Shown one piece after another: positions 50,692-61,297 of a stretch of DNA of 64,000 bases (positions within the stretch are counted from its first letter, which is position 1; every line of letters begins with the position of its first letter). The position numbers were made by a program, and so were the translations under genes. A model generated the notes under the pieces. That model worked only from the letters and a program-made list of their open reading frames with translations. It made no database searches and had not been told where the DNA came from. Origin of the DNA: Mytilus californianus (taxonomy: Eukaryota); contig NW_026262734.1 in the NCBI RefSeq assembly GCF_021869535.1, positions 103,912,001-103,976,000 on the forward strand, in the 5' to 3' direction.

Positions 50692-52025
50692 CAGGCGCGT
50701 AGCTGCCTTTACGCCAAAAATCATTTGCTTGCACATTATTTTCACAAAAAAAATATTCTGAAATTGAATTACGAATGAGTAGTAAGACAGGTCAACCGGG
50801 CTAACTATCTAGCTGACACTCCAAGTCAGTATTGGAAGCGAGCCTTGTATTTCTCCTTTTTTGACTATTTCATTGAAGAACTCAGAGGACGTTTACTGGA
50901 TAACTCTGAACCTTTTACCTGCATGTTTGGAATCTTTGACAGCAGAGTGTATAGACAAACTATACGAAACATTTAGACACGACTTGACGGACAATCAAGG
51001 AACATACAACTCTGAGGTAAAGAGATGGCAGAGACGCTGGTCGGGTCCAGATGTTATAGAGAAGCCCAAATCTCTGATGTCGTCTCTAGCAGTGACTAAT
51101 AAGGAACTATATCCTTCAATATTTGAAATCGTGTCAATTCTATAGTTACAATGCCAGTAACTTCATCAACTACTGAATGGTCATTTAGTGCATAACGGCG
51201 ACCAAAAACTTATCTCCGTTCAACCATGGTACAGGACGGACTATCTTCGTTGGCGCTCATGCATGTTCACAGAGAAATGAATATCGACACCGAGAGAGCT
51301 CTGCAATCATTTGCCTTGGCAAAAAATAGATGTATGGACTTTGGATATTAACTATACTATAAGTCTTACATGCAGTATTAACATTTAATAATAAAGGCTC
51401 AATACATGCAATAACCTTGAACACATCTTAGATTTATATCCCTCACTTATAAGTCAAGACTTAAAAGTCGCCGTTTGATTTCGTATTTCCATTGTCCGTT
51501 CGTCTAAAAGACTATTGATTCACCTTGGGTATCTGTGTCCCAAGTGACCTTCTACCGTTGTCGTAGAAATCCCACCCTCGATTCGAAAATGACCGTAGTG
51601 AGAAACGCTACGGTCAGGTGTCTTGCAAGAAGCAGGACCTGCTCACCCTTTCGGAACACTGGAGGTCGCCACATTTTTTTTCAGGGTTCGTGTTTTTTAA
51701 CTGTATTTAGTTTTCAATATTGAATGTTTTTGTTAGTTCTTTTGTGTCTTATCTGTTCCCGGGTTGGTCATGTGTCCATTGATTGCCCTTCTATTGATAA
51801 ACGCCTCGGAGGACTTGTCGACTGATCTTGCCGTTTCATAAAATTTATTTTATTTTTGAAAACAACCATGTTATTAAGGAGTAATGTGAATTTCATGGCA
51901 TACCTGGAAAATGACAGAAAAATGAAAATTTTCTGCATAAAAAGGTCCCAAAAATTTTTCGCCTCCCTCCGATCGGCGATACAAGTCTTATGCTTGCACT
52001 TTATTTTAGGCCAGCTACGCCCCTG
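50692..52025 (+). mobile_element. Nested hAT element with 14-bp TIRs and 5-bp TSD
   Basis: CAGGCGCGTAGCTG / CAGCTACGCCCCTG (13 of 14 match); GCTAC at 50687-50691 and 52026-52030. Confidence 0.78.
50780..51351 (+). pseudogene. Degraded hAT transposase C-terminus (dimerization domain)
   Basis: RQVNRANYLADTPSQYWKRALY..SEVKRWQRRW..LYPSIFEI..MPVTSSTTEWSFSA*RRPKTYLRSTMVQDGLSSLALMHVHRE, with frameshifts and a stop. Confidence 0.85.
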
Positions 52026-53865
52026 GCTACGGTGGAGTTGATCAGTACATCGAAAAAACGACACTCAGTCATGCAATTTGAAATTCAAATTACAGTAACA
52101 CATTGCTTAGGCGGAAGATGACAAGCATGACGCCTTCAAAGCGACAAAGGATTGAGCAAGAACGTATTGACTTCTATTTCACAATTCCACTCAACAGAAA
52201 GTAATACTCTATTACACTCTCATGAAAAAAAAAGTTCCAAAGCAATATTATTCACCTACGAAAATATGTGTAACCCCACACGCCCCAGCCAATTAATAAC
52301 ATTGCTGAATAATGATCCCCAGTCAGTAAGCTCTAGATAGATTTAAAGTCTAAGGTACGGACCATTTGATTTGATAGGGCAGTCTGAGATATTTTAGAGA
52401 AAAAATTTTGACCCTGGTTTTTGCCTTAAACAAAAATTCTGGCCGTATCTGTATTGAAAACAATTATCGTGTCCCCTTTTTTGAAATAAGAAAAAAAAGA
52501 AATCCAACAAAATTATTCAGCATTAAATGAAAATGGTGAATAAAAAACAGGCGTAATTTTTTTGGGGGATTTGCATGTAAATCCCATATCTGACAGGAAT
52601 GTCTGTTTCGCCGAACTGATACACTGAATACTTTTTTCAAGGCCCAACTGCAACCTGCCTGCTGGGTGTGGCCTTTATGTCTCCATTTGTCGACCGTCAT
52701 TCACAACTTCGTTGTCATTTGATTTTCAGACTCATTCGTAGCCTTTGGTTGATTTGGAACCCCTCACTTCCCTTGTTGGGTGAAACATTTCAACCAAACA
52801 ATTGGATAAAAATTGCTTGTTTGTCTTTGTTCGTGTCGATCGTATTATAAACTTCATTGAATAGCCGTATATCATGTTTACAACAAGAAATCTGTGAGGT
52901 TATTCTTATTAACCATACAACAAACGAGAATTTTCCATATGTCCATTTTTTACTGACAAATCCCACATCAAATATATTAGTACATAACTTTGGATCCATT
53001 CAATCATTTTATAATAGACAATTAATGGGGAGAATGCGGCATCAAAAATGTCCAACCCTAGCTTACACTTTAACTATAAAATATACATGCCCCACGTCAG
53101 GAATCGTTAAAAATGTGCATTTTACACTTATTTTATGTTTTTTAGCCCAAAAAAGGTAAGAAAAAATTTTACATACTACGCCCCCCCTTTCCAAAATCCT
53201 GGATCCGCCCCTGACGTTCTCTCCAATTCATGTTCGCCCACTTTCATTTTCGCACCCTTTTTATTGGTTATATGTTGAATACTTTTTTAATCTAGTTTTA
53301 GTCAGTGACAGTGTATTGCTATAAATTAGTTTTTTTTTATTGTTTCATGACAGTAGACAGTGCAGATAACAATGTAAATTTAATTCGTTGTTTTAGAAAC
53401 ATTGATAAGAATTCGCCGTTTCAGAATTTAATGCATTCTGGGTTATATTTTCAAAAGCGTACACCAAAACGTTGTAATTGATCAAAAACGTTATAAACAA
53501 TGGAAATTCTACCAATAACGTAATGTTATTTTTATTTTGGTGTACGAACAATAATATTACCCATATAGAGTCCTTTAGATTCTGAAAAGGCGAATAAGCA
53601 TCCAAAATTCACAGAAAAAAACTCACCTCATAAAAAAGGTTACATGGATTTGAAAGACAAAGTATTTGCAAGGGAAAACCATCATGATTTAGATTTAAGA
53701 ACTCAAAATCTACTGTTGGGGCACAAACTTGGAGAAAAATGAAGACGTTTTACTTTTCTATCATCAATAAATTAGTATCTAACAGTAATTCGTACAGCGC
53801 TTTAATGTACAGTGGAATATCTGTACAACAAGTCAATGTTGCATTAAGAAAACTCTACAAGGTAA

Positions 53866-54150
53866 TGGCCTGGTCAAACAAATGACTTCAATATTTGTAT
53901 TTGCTGCTTCTCCACTTAGCATGTAGCATTTAGGCGTAAGAGTAAAGACTGGTGGGCATGGAGACCGAATAATCTGTCCCGGTAGGATGACATGTTTTAC
54001 TACAGACATGTCTTTATACCTTGTGAATAAGCTTGTTAAAAATCCTGCTCAGGGCGACTGTCTAGTACAAAGCAGGATTCATATTTACATCATATTAACA
54101 TTTTCTTGTTTTTAAAATGCATTTAATTTTCCACTGGACAATAAACAGCC
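53866..54150 (+). mobile_element. Degenerate tRNA-derived SINE (family with gtatttgctgcttctcc core)
   Basis: Shares core and tail with 57972-58305. Confidence 0.6.
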
Positions 54151-54588
54151 ACCCATCATCATAATCCTGTACATGAATATATGCTGTAAAATACATGTGG
54201 AGAGCTACCATATAACTTGAGTCCAGCCATATTGAGATTATAATATTATTTTTTCTTTTTCATTAGGATGTTGTATTGATAATATCAACAGCACTGTGAG
54301 TATTTTACACCTTTTCTACTGCATCAATTATCAGAAGAACTTTCACAAAATAACTTTTGTTATGAACTTATGACAGTGAAATTTCTGATATATCCACAAG
54401 TAAATTGAATGTTTGACAATGATTCAGAAGTTTAACACATAGAAAGTGTGACTCTCTTTACTGTACAAACTACATGAGTAAAGAAGAACTTCTGCCCGTT
54501 AAGATGGTACTGTTCACCTCTTGTAGAATATATGTATGTCTGATGATTTGCAAAAATATTGAATGCTGATGTTTCAGAATTGAAAAAA

Positions 54589-54978
54589 ATGTCATTATTA
54601 TCAGAATTTTGTGTACGATTGTTCAGAAGTGTAACCAACTATAGTCGCTTGACATATAAACTAACTTCTTCTCATACCGTAAGAAATTATAATTCGAACT
54701 TATGGATGACTAACAGAATTAAGTTTTATTCACAACTCTGTGGACCAGTTACTAAGAATCTTGAAAAAAGTTTAACAAACATTAAGTTCCTGGCTTGTGA
54801 AAGTCAATTTTATCAGACAAGAAGATTGATCTCGCGAAAACAATACAAGTTTCCAGATCTATTGGAAAGTGATTTACAAGAACAGTTTGTTAGAGGTGGA
54901 GGACCCGGGGGTCAAGCAGTGGCAAAGACAAATAACTGTTGTGTGCTGAAACATTTACCTACTGGAATTGTTGTAAGG
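54589..54978 (+). CDS. MTRFR: MTRFR coding exon 1 (presequence and GGQ domain)
   Basis: Acceptor gtttcag at 54577, aaaaATG at 54589, donor AGG|gtaagt. Confidence 0.9.
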
Positions 54979-55104
54979 GTAAGTTAGTTGTCTTTTCTTT
55001 TTTTTTTAATTGTTAGGTTACTGTCTCTTTGGTGCATCCATGAAATGTTAAGCAAACAAGGATCAATGCATCTTCATACCATGGAACATTACGCACACAA
55101 AAAT

Positions 55105-55422
55105 CAATCAATCTTAACAATCTTGCTACCATGTATAATTTATCAAGCAACAACCAATCTATCTTAACATGCTTAATACCATGTGACATTAAGCAGTCAA
55201 CAACCAATCTATCTTAACATGCTTAATACCATGTGACATAATCACATTAAGCAGTCAACAACCAATCTATCTTAACATGCTTAATACCATGTGACATTAA
55301 GCAGTCAACAACCAATCTATCTGAACATGCTTAATACCATGTGACATTAAGCAGTCAACAACCAATCTATCTGAACATGCTTTAATACCATGTGACATTA
55401 AGCAGTAAACAGTCAATCAATC
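55105..55422. repeat. 50-bp minisatellite, about 6 copies, in the MTRFR intron
   Basis: Unit cttaacatgcttaataccatgtgacattaagcagtcaacaaccaatctat at 55163, 55213, 55271 (8-bp insertion), 55321 and 55371. Confidence 0.9.
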
Positions 55423-55762
55423 TTCATACCATGAATATGTTAAACTTAAAATTAAAACTGTACAAGTACATATTTTATTCATAAAATTATTTTTATGCTA
55501 ATTTTTAGGTTTGAAAGTACAAGTACATATTTTATTCATAAAACTATTTTTATGCTAATTTTTAGATTTGAAAAGAGATGCTAATCATACTTACATGCAT
55601 TGCACTTACTCATTAGGAATTTATCACATAGAAATTGTTTAAACTGTTTTATCGGCAATTTGTACATTTTTCGTTTGATCTTACTGCCTAATATTTTTAA
55701 TATCAACAAAAAAAAACATGCAGTTTAAACAAATGACTGATAAAAAGAATAATGGCATTTTA

Positions 55763-56060
55763 TTTTTATGCCCCATTTATGGGCATTATAAATGTTTTTC
55801 GGTCTGTGCGTCCGTTCATCCGTCTGTCTGTTCGTCCGTCCGTCAGTCCGTCTGTCCTGCTTCAGGTTAAAGTTTTTGGTTAAAGTTTTTGATGAAGTTG
55901 AAGTCCAATCAACATGAAACTTAGTACACATGTTCCCTATGATATGATCTTTCTAATTTTAATGCCAAATTAGAGTTTTGACCCCAATTTCATGGTCCAC
56001 TGAACATAGAAAATGATAGTGCAAGTGGGGCATCCGTGTACATTGGACACATTCTTGTTT
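55763..56060 (+). mobile_element. HINE family B, copy 2
   Basis: Near-identical to 11572-11839. Confidence 0.8.
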
Positions 56061-56796
56061 GATACTGACTTCATCGTCTCGAATATCAGCTTGCCCTAGT
56101 GGTCTTACTTGCTCTTCTTGCTGATAAAGTCAGTATCAAAATAGAAAATGCCATTATTCTATATGTATTACTTTCAGTGCTGTCAATACTGACTTGTTTG
56201 TATTATGATATTTATAACAGTTTCTTTATAATTTTTTGCCAATTTAAATTTTCCGTTAATTGATTATTTTTTTTTTAATTAAGGTGTGGTTTACATGTTT
56301 TCAGTTCTTCGTTGGTATAAATTCTGTTGTGGCATCTTGAAAAAAGATGCATATAAAAATAAGAAGATATGGTATGATTACTAATGAGACAACTCTCCAC
56401 CAGAAATAGAAGATGTAGACAGCTCTCACACAAGCAGAAAACCCTAACTGTAAAATATAAGGGCATACACCACAGGCACAGGGACACATTCCATTCTACT
56501 GCATCCACACAGCACAAACAACATGGATGATGACATATCGAAGGCTGAACACACATTAACAGAACGTTAAAATTCTTAAAATGTCTTGTATTTCTACAAC
56601 TATCGAGTCTGATTATATATGTCGCTACTCACAACAATCAAATTCTTTTTTTAATACTCAGTATGCCTCATGTTTTAAAATTTGAAAACTGTTAAGTGGA
56701 GGAATATAGTGTCTCACTTGATGCAGTGGTACAATCTATAAATATGTCAACATTATTTTTACAATTTATTGAATTTTTTATTGAACTTTTTGGCAG

Positions 56797-57018
56797 AGCC
56801 ATGAAACCAGATCTTTGGAACAAAATAGAAAAATAGCAAGGAAGAAGATGCAGGAAGAAGTAGACCATCATATACATGGAGAAAATAGTTTTAGATCTCA
56901 GGAAGTACAGGAGGGATTAGAGAATAGACTGGCAAAAAGACAGAGGAATAGAAAAAGACTGGAAAGAAAAAAAGCTTTAAAAGAAAAACTGGATTCTTTG
57001 GATGGCCATGAAGAATAA
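56797..57018 (+). CDS. MTRFR: MTRFR coding exon 2
   Basis: Acceptor aactttttggcag; SHETRSLEQNRKIARKKMQEEVDHHIHGENS...GHEE then TAA; AATAAA at 57034. Confidence 0.92.
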   Translation, partial: SHETRSLEQNRKIARKKMQEEVDHHIHGENSFRSQEVQEGLENRLAKRQRNRKRLERKKALKEKLDSLDGHEE

Positions 57019-57971
57019 CTGAAGGGCTGTTTTAATAAAATGTTTATGACAGTTAAATCATGTGTTCATAAGTTAATATACATCAAAAAGGAATGTCTTA
57101 ACTGGGGTGTATAATGTTATTTCTTGAAATGGTTATAAAGAAGAAAGTGTTCAAATGACAGATAACTCTTGGCATAAAATATATAAAGTCATGCAAATTA
57201 AATTTATAATAACAAAAAGGTATTTTTGTTGTACCATAGAAATAAATATAAATTATTAGTGTTCTTGCATGGACACAGCAGAATAAACTTTTTGAAACTG
57301 ATGTTTATGCAATTATGTTTTATTTTGACGAAATACCTTTTAAAAATATCTGGGTAAAAAAAAGATTCTGTGCACAATTAATTATCAATAGATTTATAAA
57401 AATATTTGTCCACTTTTTTCAATTCTAAATTCTTTTCCTAAGAATGACTTATATGACAACAGTTTTGTTAAAAGCTTCTTCGTTTTATGTTTTTTCATGG
57501 GAGATAACTCATGTTTTCTTGATTTTTGTAGCATATGCCTTTTGTCATGTTAAAAAAATGTAAATAAGTTTGGATGCAGAACTAAACAAATATATAACAT
57601 TTATTTGTATGTTAGAAGATAATTATCTTTGTATGCAAACTTAATACATTTAGATTGTTAATGAATACACTACACTGGCCTTGAAAAGATTTAATATCGA
57701 AATATAAATCATTTTGATGTCTTTGTATGAAAAGGTGTTGAAAAACATTTGTTTAAGCTTGAGTAAAAAAATGTGATATTTATAAGATCAGATTAGAATA
57801 TTTCATAACCAAAAATTGTGTTTAATGGACAACAGTGTCAATCAGAGCCCACAGGATGAACAAATTAACTTAAACTAATGGGAGATAACTCAAGTTTGTA
57901 ATCATTCTCAACAGAAAATTATAAAACATGAAATTGGTTGAACTGCAGAAAATATTATTTGTATACAAAGA

Positions 57972-58305
57972 GATTAGGTTGTCTGGTGGTAGCATGTTTG
58001 CCTGGAGTGCTGAATGTTGTTGGTTCGAACTCAAGCCTGGTAAAAATAGAGACTTTAAAATTGGTATTTGTTGCTTCTCCCCTAATCATGCCGCATAAAG
58101 GAGTAAGAGCAAAGACTGGTCAGATCGGAGTCAGAATAATGTGTTCAATAGGATGACATGCCATCCTGTGGACTGTTAACTTATGACTTAGGACGTTAAA
58201 AATCTGGCTCAGCGTTTCGTTCTAGTATAAACCAGGGTACTTGCCATGGTTGTTCTAAATATGCATTTAATTTGCCACTGGACATTAAACAGCCATCCAG
58301 CAACC
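57972..58305 (+). mobile_element. tRNA-derived SINE
   Basis: B-box-like ggttcgaactc at 58022, core gtatttgttgcttctcc..ggagtaagagcaaagactgg, tail ttgccactggacattaaacagcc. Confidence 0.65.
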
Positions 58306-58690
58306 AAACAACACAAAAAGTTACACATGTTCAAACAATTACAAAATAAGAGCTGTGAATAGCTTTTATCAGAAATGTACTAAACAAATAACACAAGATA
58401 TGAGCTGCTTCGGATAGAAATCGACCTTATGCAAATGAATATCAATAGATCTGTTAACCTATTTTGGGTTGAAAAAATCACTATGGAAAGTTTGTATAAC
58501 TGTTTTAAAAATTGAATTGTTATAAAAACCTAACAACACAGGTCAAAATCCATATTTTATTTCGTATTTGAATGTTCCAAAATCAATCAAAGCCTTATAC
58601 ATGTACATGTATACCTGCACTTGCATAAGGATGATTTCTTTCCTACACATCTCATATGTCATTCACTATTTAGAAATTGAAACAACCAGT

Positions 58691-59513
58691 ACAAACAGCC
58701 ATGTAATGTATAAAGTACTGTGTGAGCTCCTGAAAACAGCTCATAAGGTACAAACAGCCATGTAATGTATAAAGTACTGTATGAGCTCCCGAAAACAGCT
58801 CATAAGGTACAAACAGCCATGTAATGTATAAAGTACTGTATGAGCTCCTGAAAACAGCTCATAAGGTACAAACAGCCATGCAATGTATAAAGTACTGTAT
58901 GAGCCCCTGAAAACAGCTCATAAGGTACAAACAGCCATGCAATGTATAAAGTACTGTAAGCTCCTGAAAACAGCTCATAAGGTACAAACAGCCATGCAAT
59001 GTATAAAGTACTGTATGAGCTCCTGAAAACAGCTCATAAGGTACAAACAGCCATGCAATGTATAAAGTACTGTATGAGCTCCTGAAAACAGCTCATAAGG
59101 TACAAACAGCCATGTAATGTATAAAGTACTGTATGAGCTCCCGAAAACAGCTCATAAGGTACAAACAGCCATGCAATGTATAAAGTACTGTATGAGCTCC
59201 TGAAAACAGCTCATAAGGTACAAGCAAACATGCAATGTATAAAGTACTGTATGAGCTCCTGAAAACAGCTCATAAGGTACAAACAGCCATGTAATGTATA
59301 AAGTACTGTATGAGCTCCCGAAAACAGCTCATAAGGTACAAACAGCCATGCAATGTATAAAGTACTGTATGAGCTCCTGAAAACAGCTCATAAGGTACAA
59401 ACAGCCATGCAATGTATAAAGTACTGTATGAGCTCCTGAAAACAGCTCATAAGGTACAAACAGCCATGCAATGTATAAAGTACTGTATGAGCTCCTGAAA
59501 ACAGCTCATAAGG
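58691..59513. repeat. 59-bp minisatellite, about 14 copies, each with an internal hairpin
   Basis: Unit acaaacagccatg[t/c]aatgtataaagtactgtatgagctcctgaaaacagctcataaggt. Confidence 0.95.
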
Positions 59514-59616
59514 AAAGAGCCTAGCTGATCATTTGTCTAGGTTTCCTCACAGATGCTCTGCACCAACTAAAAATGTTTCAGTTGAGAGGAGGCACACAAG
59601 ATAATATTCAAAACAC

Positions 59617-60482
59617 ATTTTTGTCTTGTGTTGAAAAAGAAACACGTAGGCGTGGTGTTTCTGATGGTGGCGGCAGCAACAATGTTCGAGTTTGTGATAA
59701 GGTCAATTTATGGAAAAGCACTAGTGGTAGGTCAATGATATTTGGCATGCAGATGTATTAGCATTGGCACATCTCATTTCCATATAGAGATAATTCGACC
59801 TGCCCCCTCAGTCATAGTCTATTGACTTTGAATAGTTAAGTGGGGCCTCGGTGGCCGAGTGGTCTAAGTAGTTACTACTGTAATCACTAGCCAGTCAGCA
59901 CTGAGGTTGTGAGTTCGAACCCTGCTCATGCGGGTGCACTTGATTCCAATCTTAATTGACTAGGATTGTCAGTTTTCCTATCGAAGATTGGTGGTTTTCC
60001 CCGGGCACTCTTGCTTCCTCCACCCATAAAAACTGGCCGCCACAAAATAGCCCAAAAGCGGTGCTTAAAAGTGGCGTTAAAACACCAAAAATCAAATTGA
60101 ATAGTTAAGAAATGTTATTTGGTATGTAGTTGTATTAGCATGTGCAATTCTTATTTAAATAGAGATTATATGGCCCGCCCCCTCATTATGGTTCATTTAC
60201 TCTGCAACTTTTGCATAATTTACATGTTAAAGTTTGGATTAAGATAAGTTTAAATGGAACCACTTACGATAAGTCAATGGTATTTGGTATGCAGTTTTAT
60301 AAGCATTGGCATTTCTCATTTTTCATGGAGGTTATTTGGCCCTGCACCTTCAGTCATGGTTTTTTTACTTTAAATGTTTTGCGTAGTTCAAATATTGCCA
60401 TTTTGATTTCAACATTTGCATTATACTATCCAAATTACATAAAAGTAAGGTGAGACATATCTCTGTGTCAACAGTTTATTTG
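59617..60482 (+). mobile_element. Degenerate HINE family D interrupted by a SINE
   Basis: 3' end gagacatatctctgtgtcaacagtttatt is shared with 63980-64000 and, reversed, with about 38175; internal tandem units. Confidence 0.55.
59841..60096 (+). mobile_element. Full-length tRNA-derived SINE (V-domain-like) with 13-bp TSD
   Basis: A box tggccgagtggt, B box gagttcgaaccc, core ggtggttttccccgggcactc..ttcctccacc; TSD ttgaatagttaag at 59828-59840 and 60097-60109. Confidence 0.85.
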
Positions 60483-60567
60483 ATTAAAACCTTTGATATA
60501 TAAGAGAGGAAATCTAGAGCATTTAAATAGATTCTATCAGACATGCAGCTATAAAGGTATTTAGAAA

Positions 60568-60761
60568 TACTGTAAATTCAGAAATTATTTCGTGCATGTA
60601 CTATTTTGATTTTTGAAGAATGAACAAAAATGCGAGTTTAATTATTGCAATTTCAGGAAAAGCTAGATACAGATATATGTATCAGATATCAGAATGCAAG
60701 TCCTTATTGTTGTGATCCTCACATTCATAAAAACTTTGCAATAATTTCTGAATTTACAGTA
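60568..60761. mobile_element. MITE (TACTGTAAATTCAG TIR family)
   Basis: TIRs at both ends. Confidence 0.75.
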
Positions 60762-61187
60762 GTAAGACAATAATAAAATAAATACATGTACAAGTTTTTA
60801 TCATTTGTAATATTGCAATTAACAACTGACAAGAGTGGTATTTATTAAGTGAGTAATTTTTTTAATCTACATGCAGAACAATTTTTATAAAATATTCCAG
60901 GAATGCAGAAGTTTTTTATAGTACAAGTGGTTCATGCATTATGTGGCTTTCAGTATTAATAAGGAAATGTGATGTGATTCCCATATTAGGCCCATTATTT
61001 CAAGATGAAAAGTCTTTCAAGATGATGCATAAACATCTGAGAAAGTGAAATAGATCCAAATTTGTTGAGCTTTGTTTATAATGCGTTGTCGTTTTTATCC
61101 CAAATAGGCCTAAAAAAGAGATTTTAGTTGATGTTAACAAAATCGTTTGAATTTCAACCACACATTGACCTGGGACACAGAGAGCAG

Positions 61188-61297
61188 GAGTTGGTTTCAC
61201 AAAAAAACTTACGACTAAGATTGATCGTAAGTCATGAACACTTTAGTATACTTACGACCAATCTTAGTCGTAAGTTTTTTTTTTTTGAAAATGACTC
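61188..61297. mobile_element. 110-bp palindromic MITE, possibly PIF/Harbinger-type
   Basis: aaaaaaacttacgactaagat / atcttagtcgtaagttttttt inverted arms; CAG flanks both ends (61185-61187, 61298-61300). Confidence 0.55.

Larger units (their letters stand above)
50468..53213. mobile_element. hAT-like element with CAG[T/G]GGCGGATCCAG TIRs (outer element)
   Basis: cagtggcggatccag at 50468 and ctggatccgcccctg ending at 53213; subterminal cgccccc motifs at both ends; TSD only partly matching (gtgtt / acgtt). Confidence 0.65.
54589..57018 (+). other. MTRFR: Gene span: mitochondrial translation release factor in rescue (C12orf65), 203 aa
   Basis: Join 54589-54978 + 56797-57018; [36 protein letters not shown]|SHETRSLEQNRKIARKKMQE plus a basic C-terminal helix. 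The intron position matches the human VVK|CHQTRS junction as I recall it. Confidence 0.93.

Noticed and set aside
53626-53862. Alternative bidirectional promoter with donors on both strands
   Set aside because: The plus-strand donor-like site sits at the start of a SINE remnant and the region has no clear promoter signal; less supported than the 49.6-49.9 kb region.
58691-59513. CRISPR array (palindromic direct repeats)
   Set aside because: No unique spacers, no cas genes and a eukaryotic intron-containing context; it is a plain tandem repeat.
59841-59915. tRNA gene
   Set aside because: A and B boxes are present but there is no cloverleaf. It continues into a SINE core and tail flanked by a TSD.
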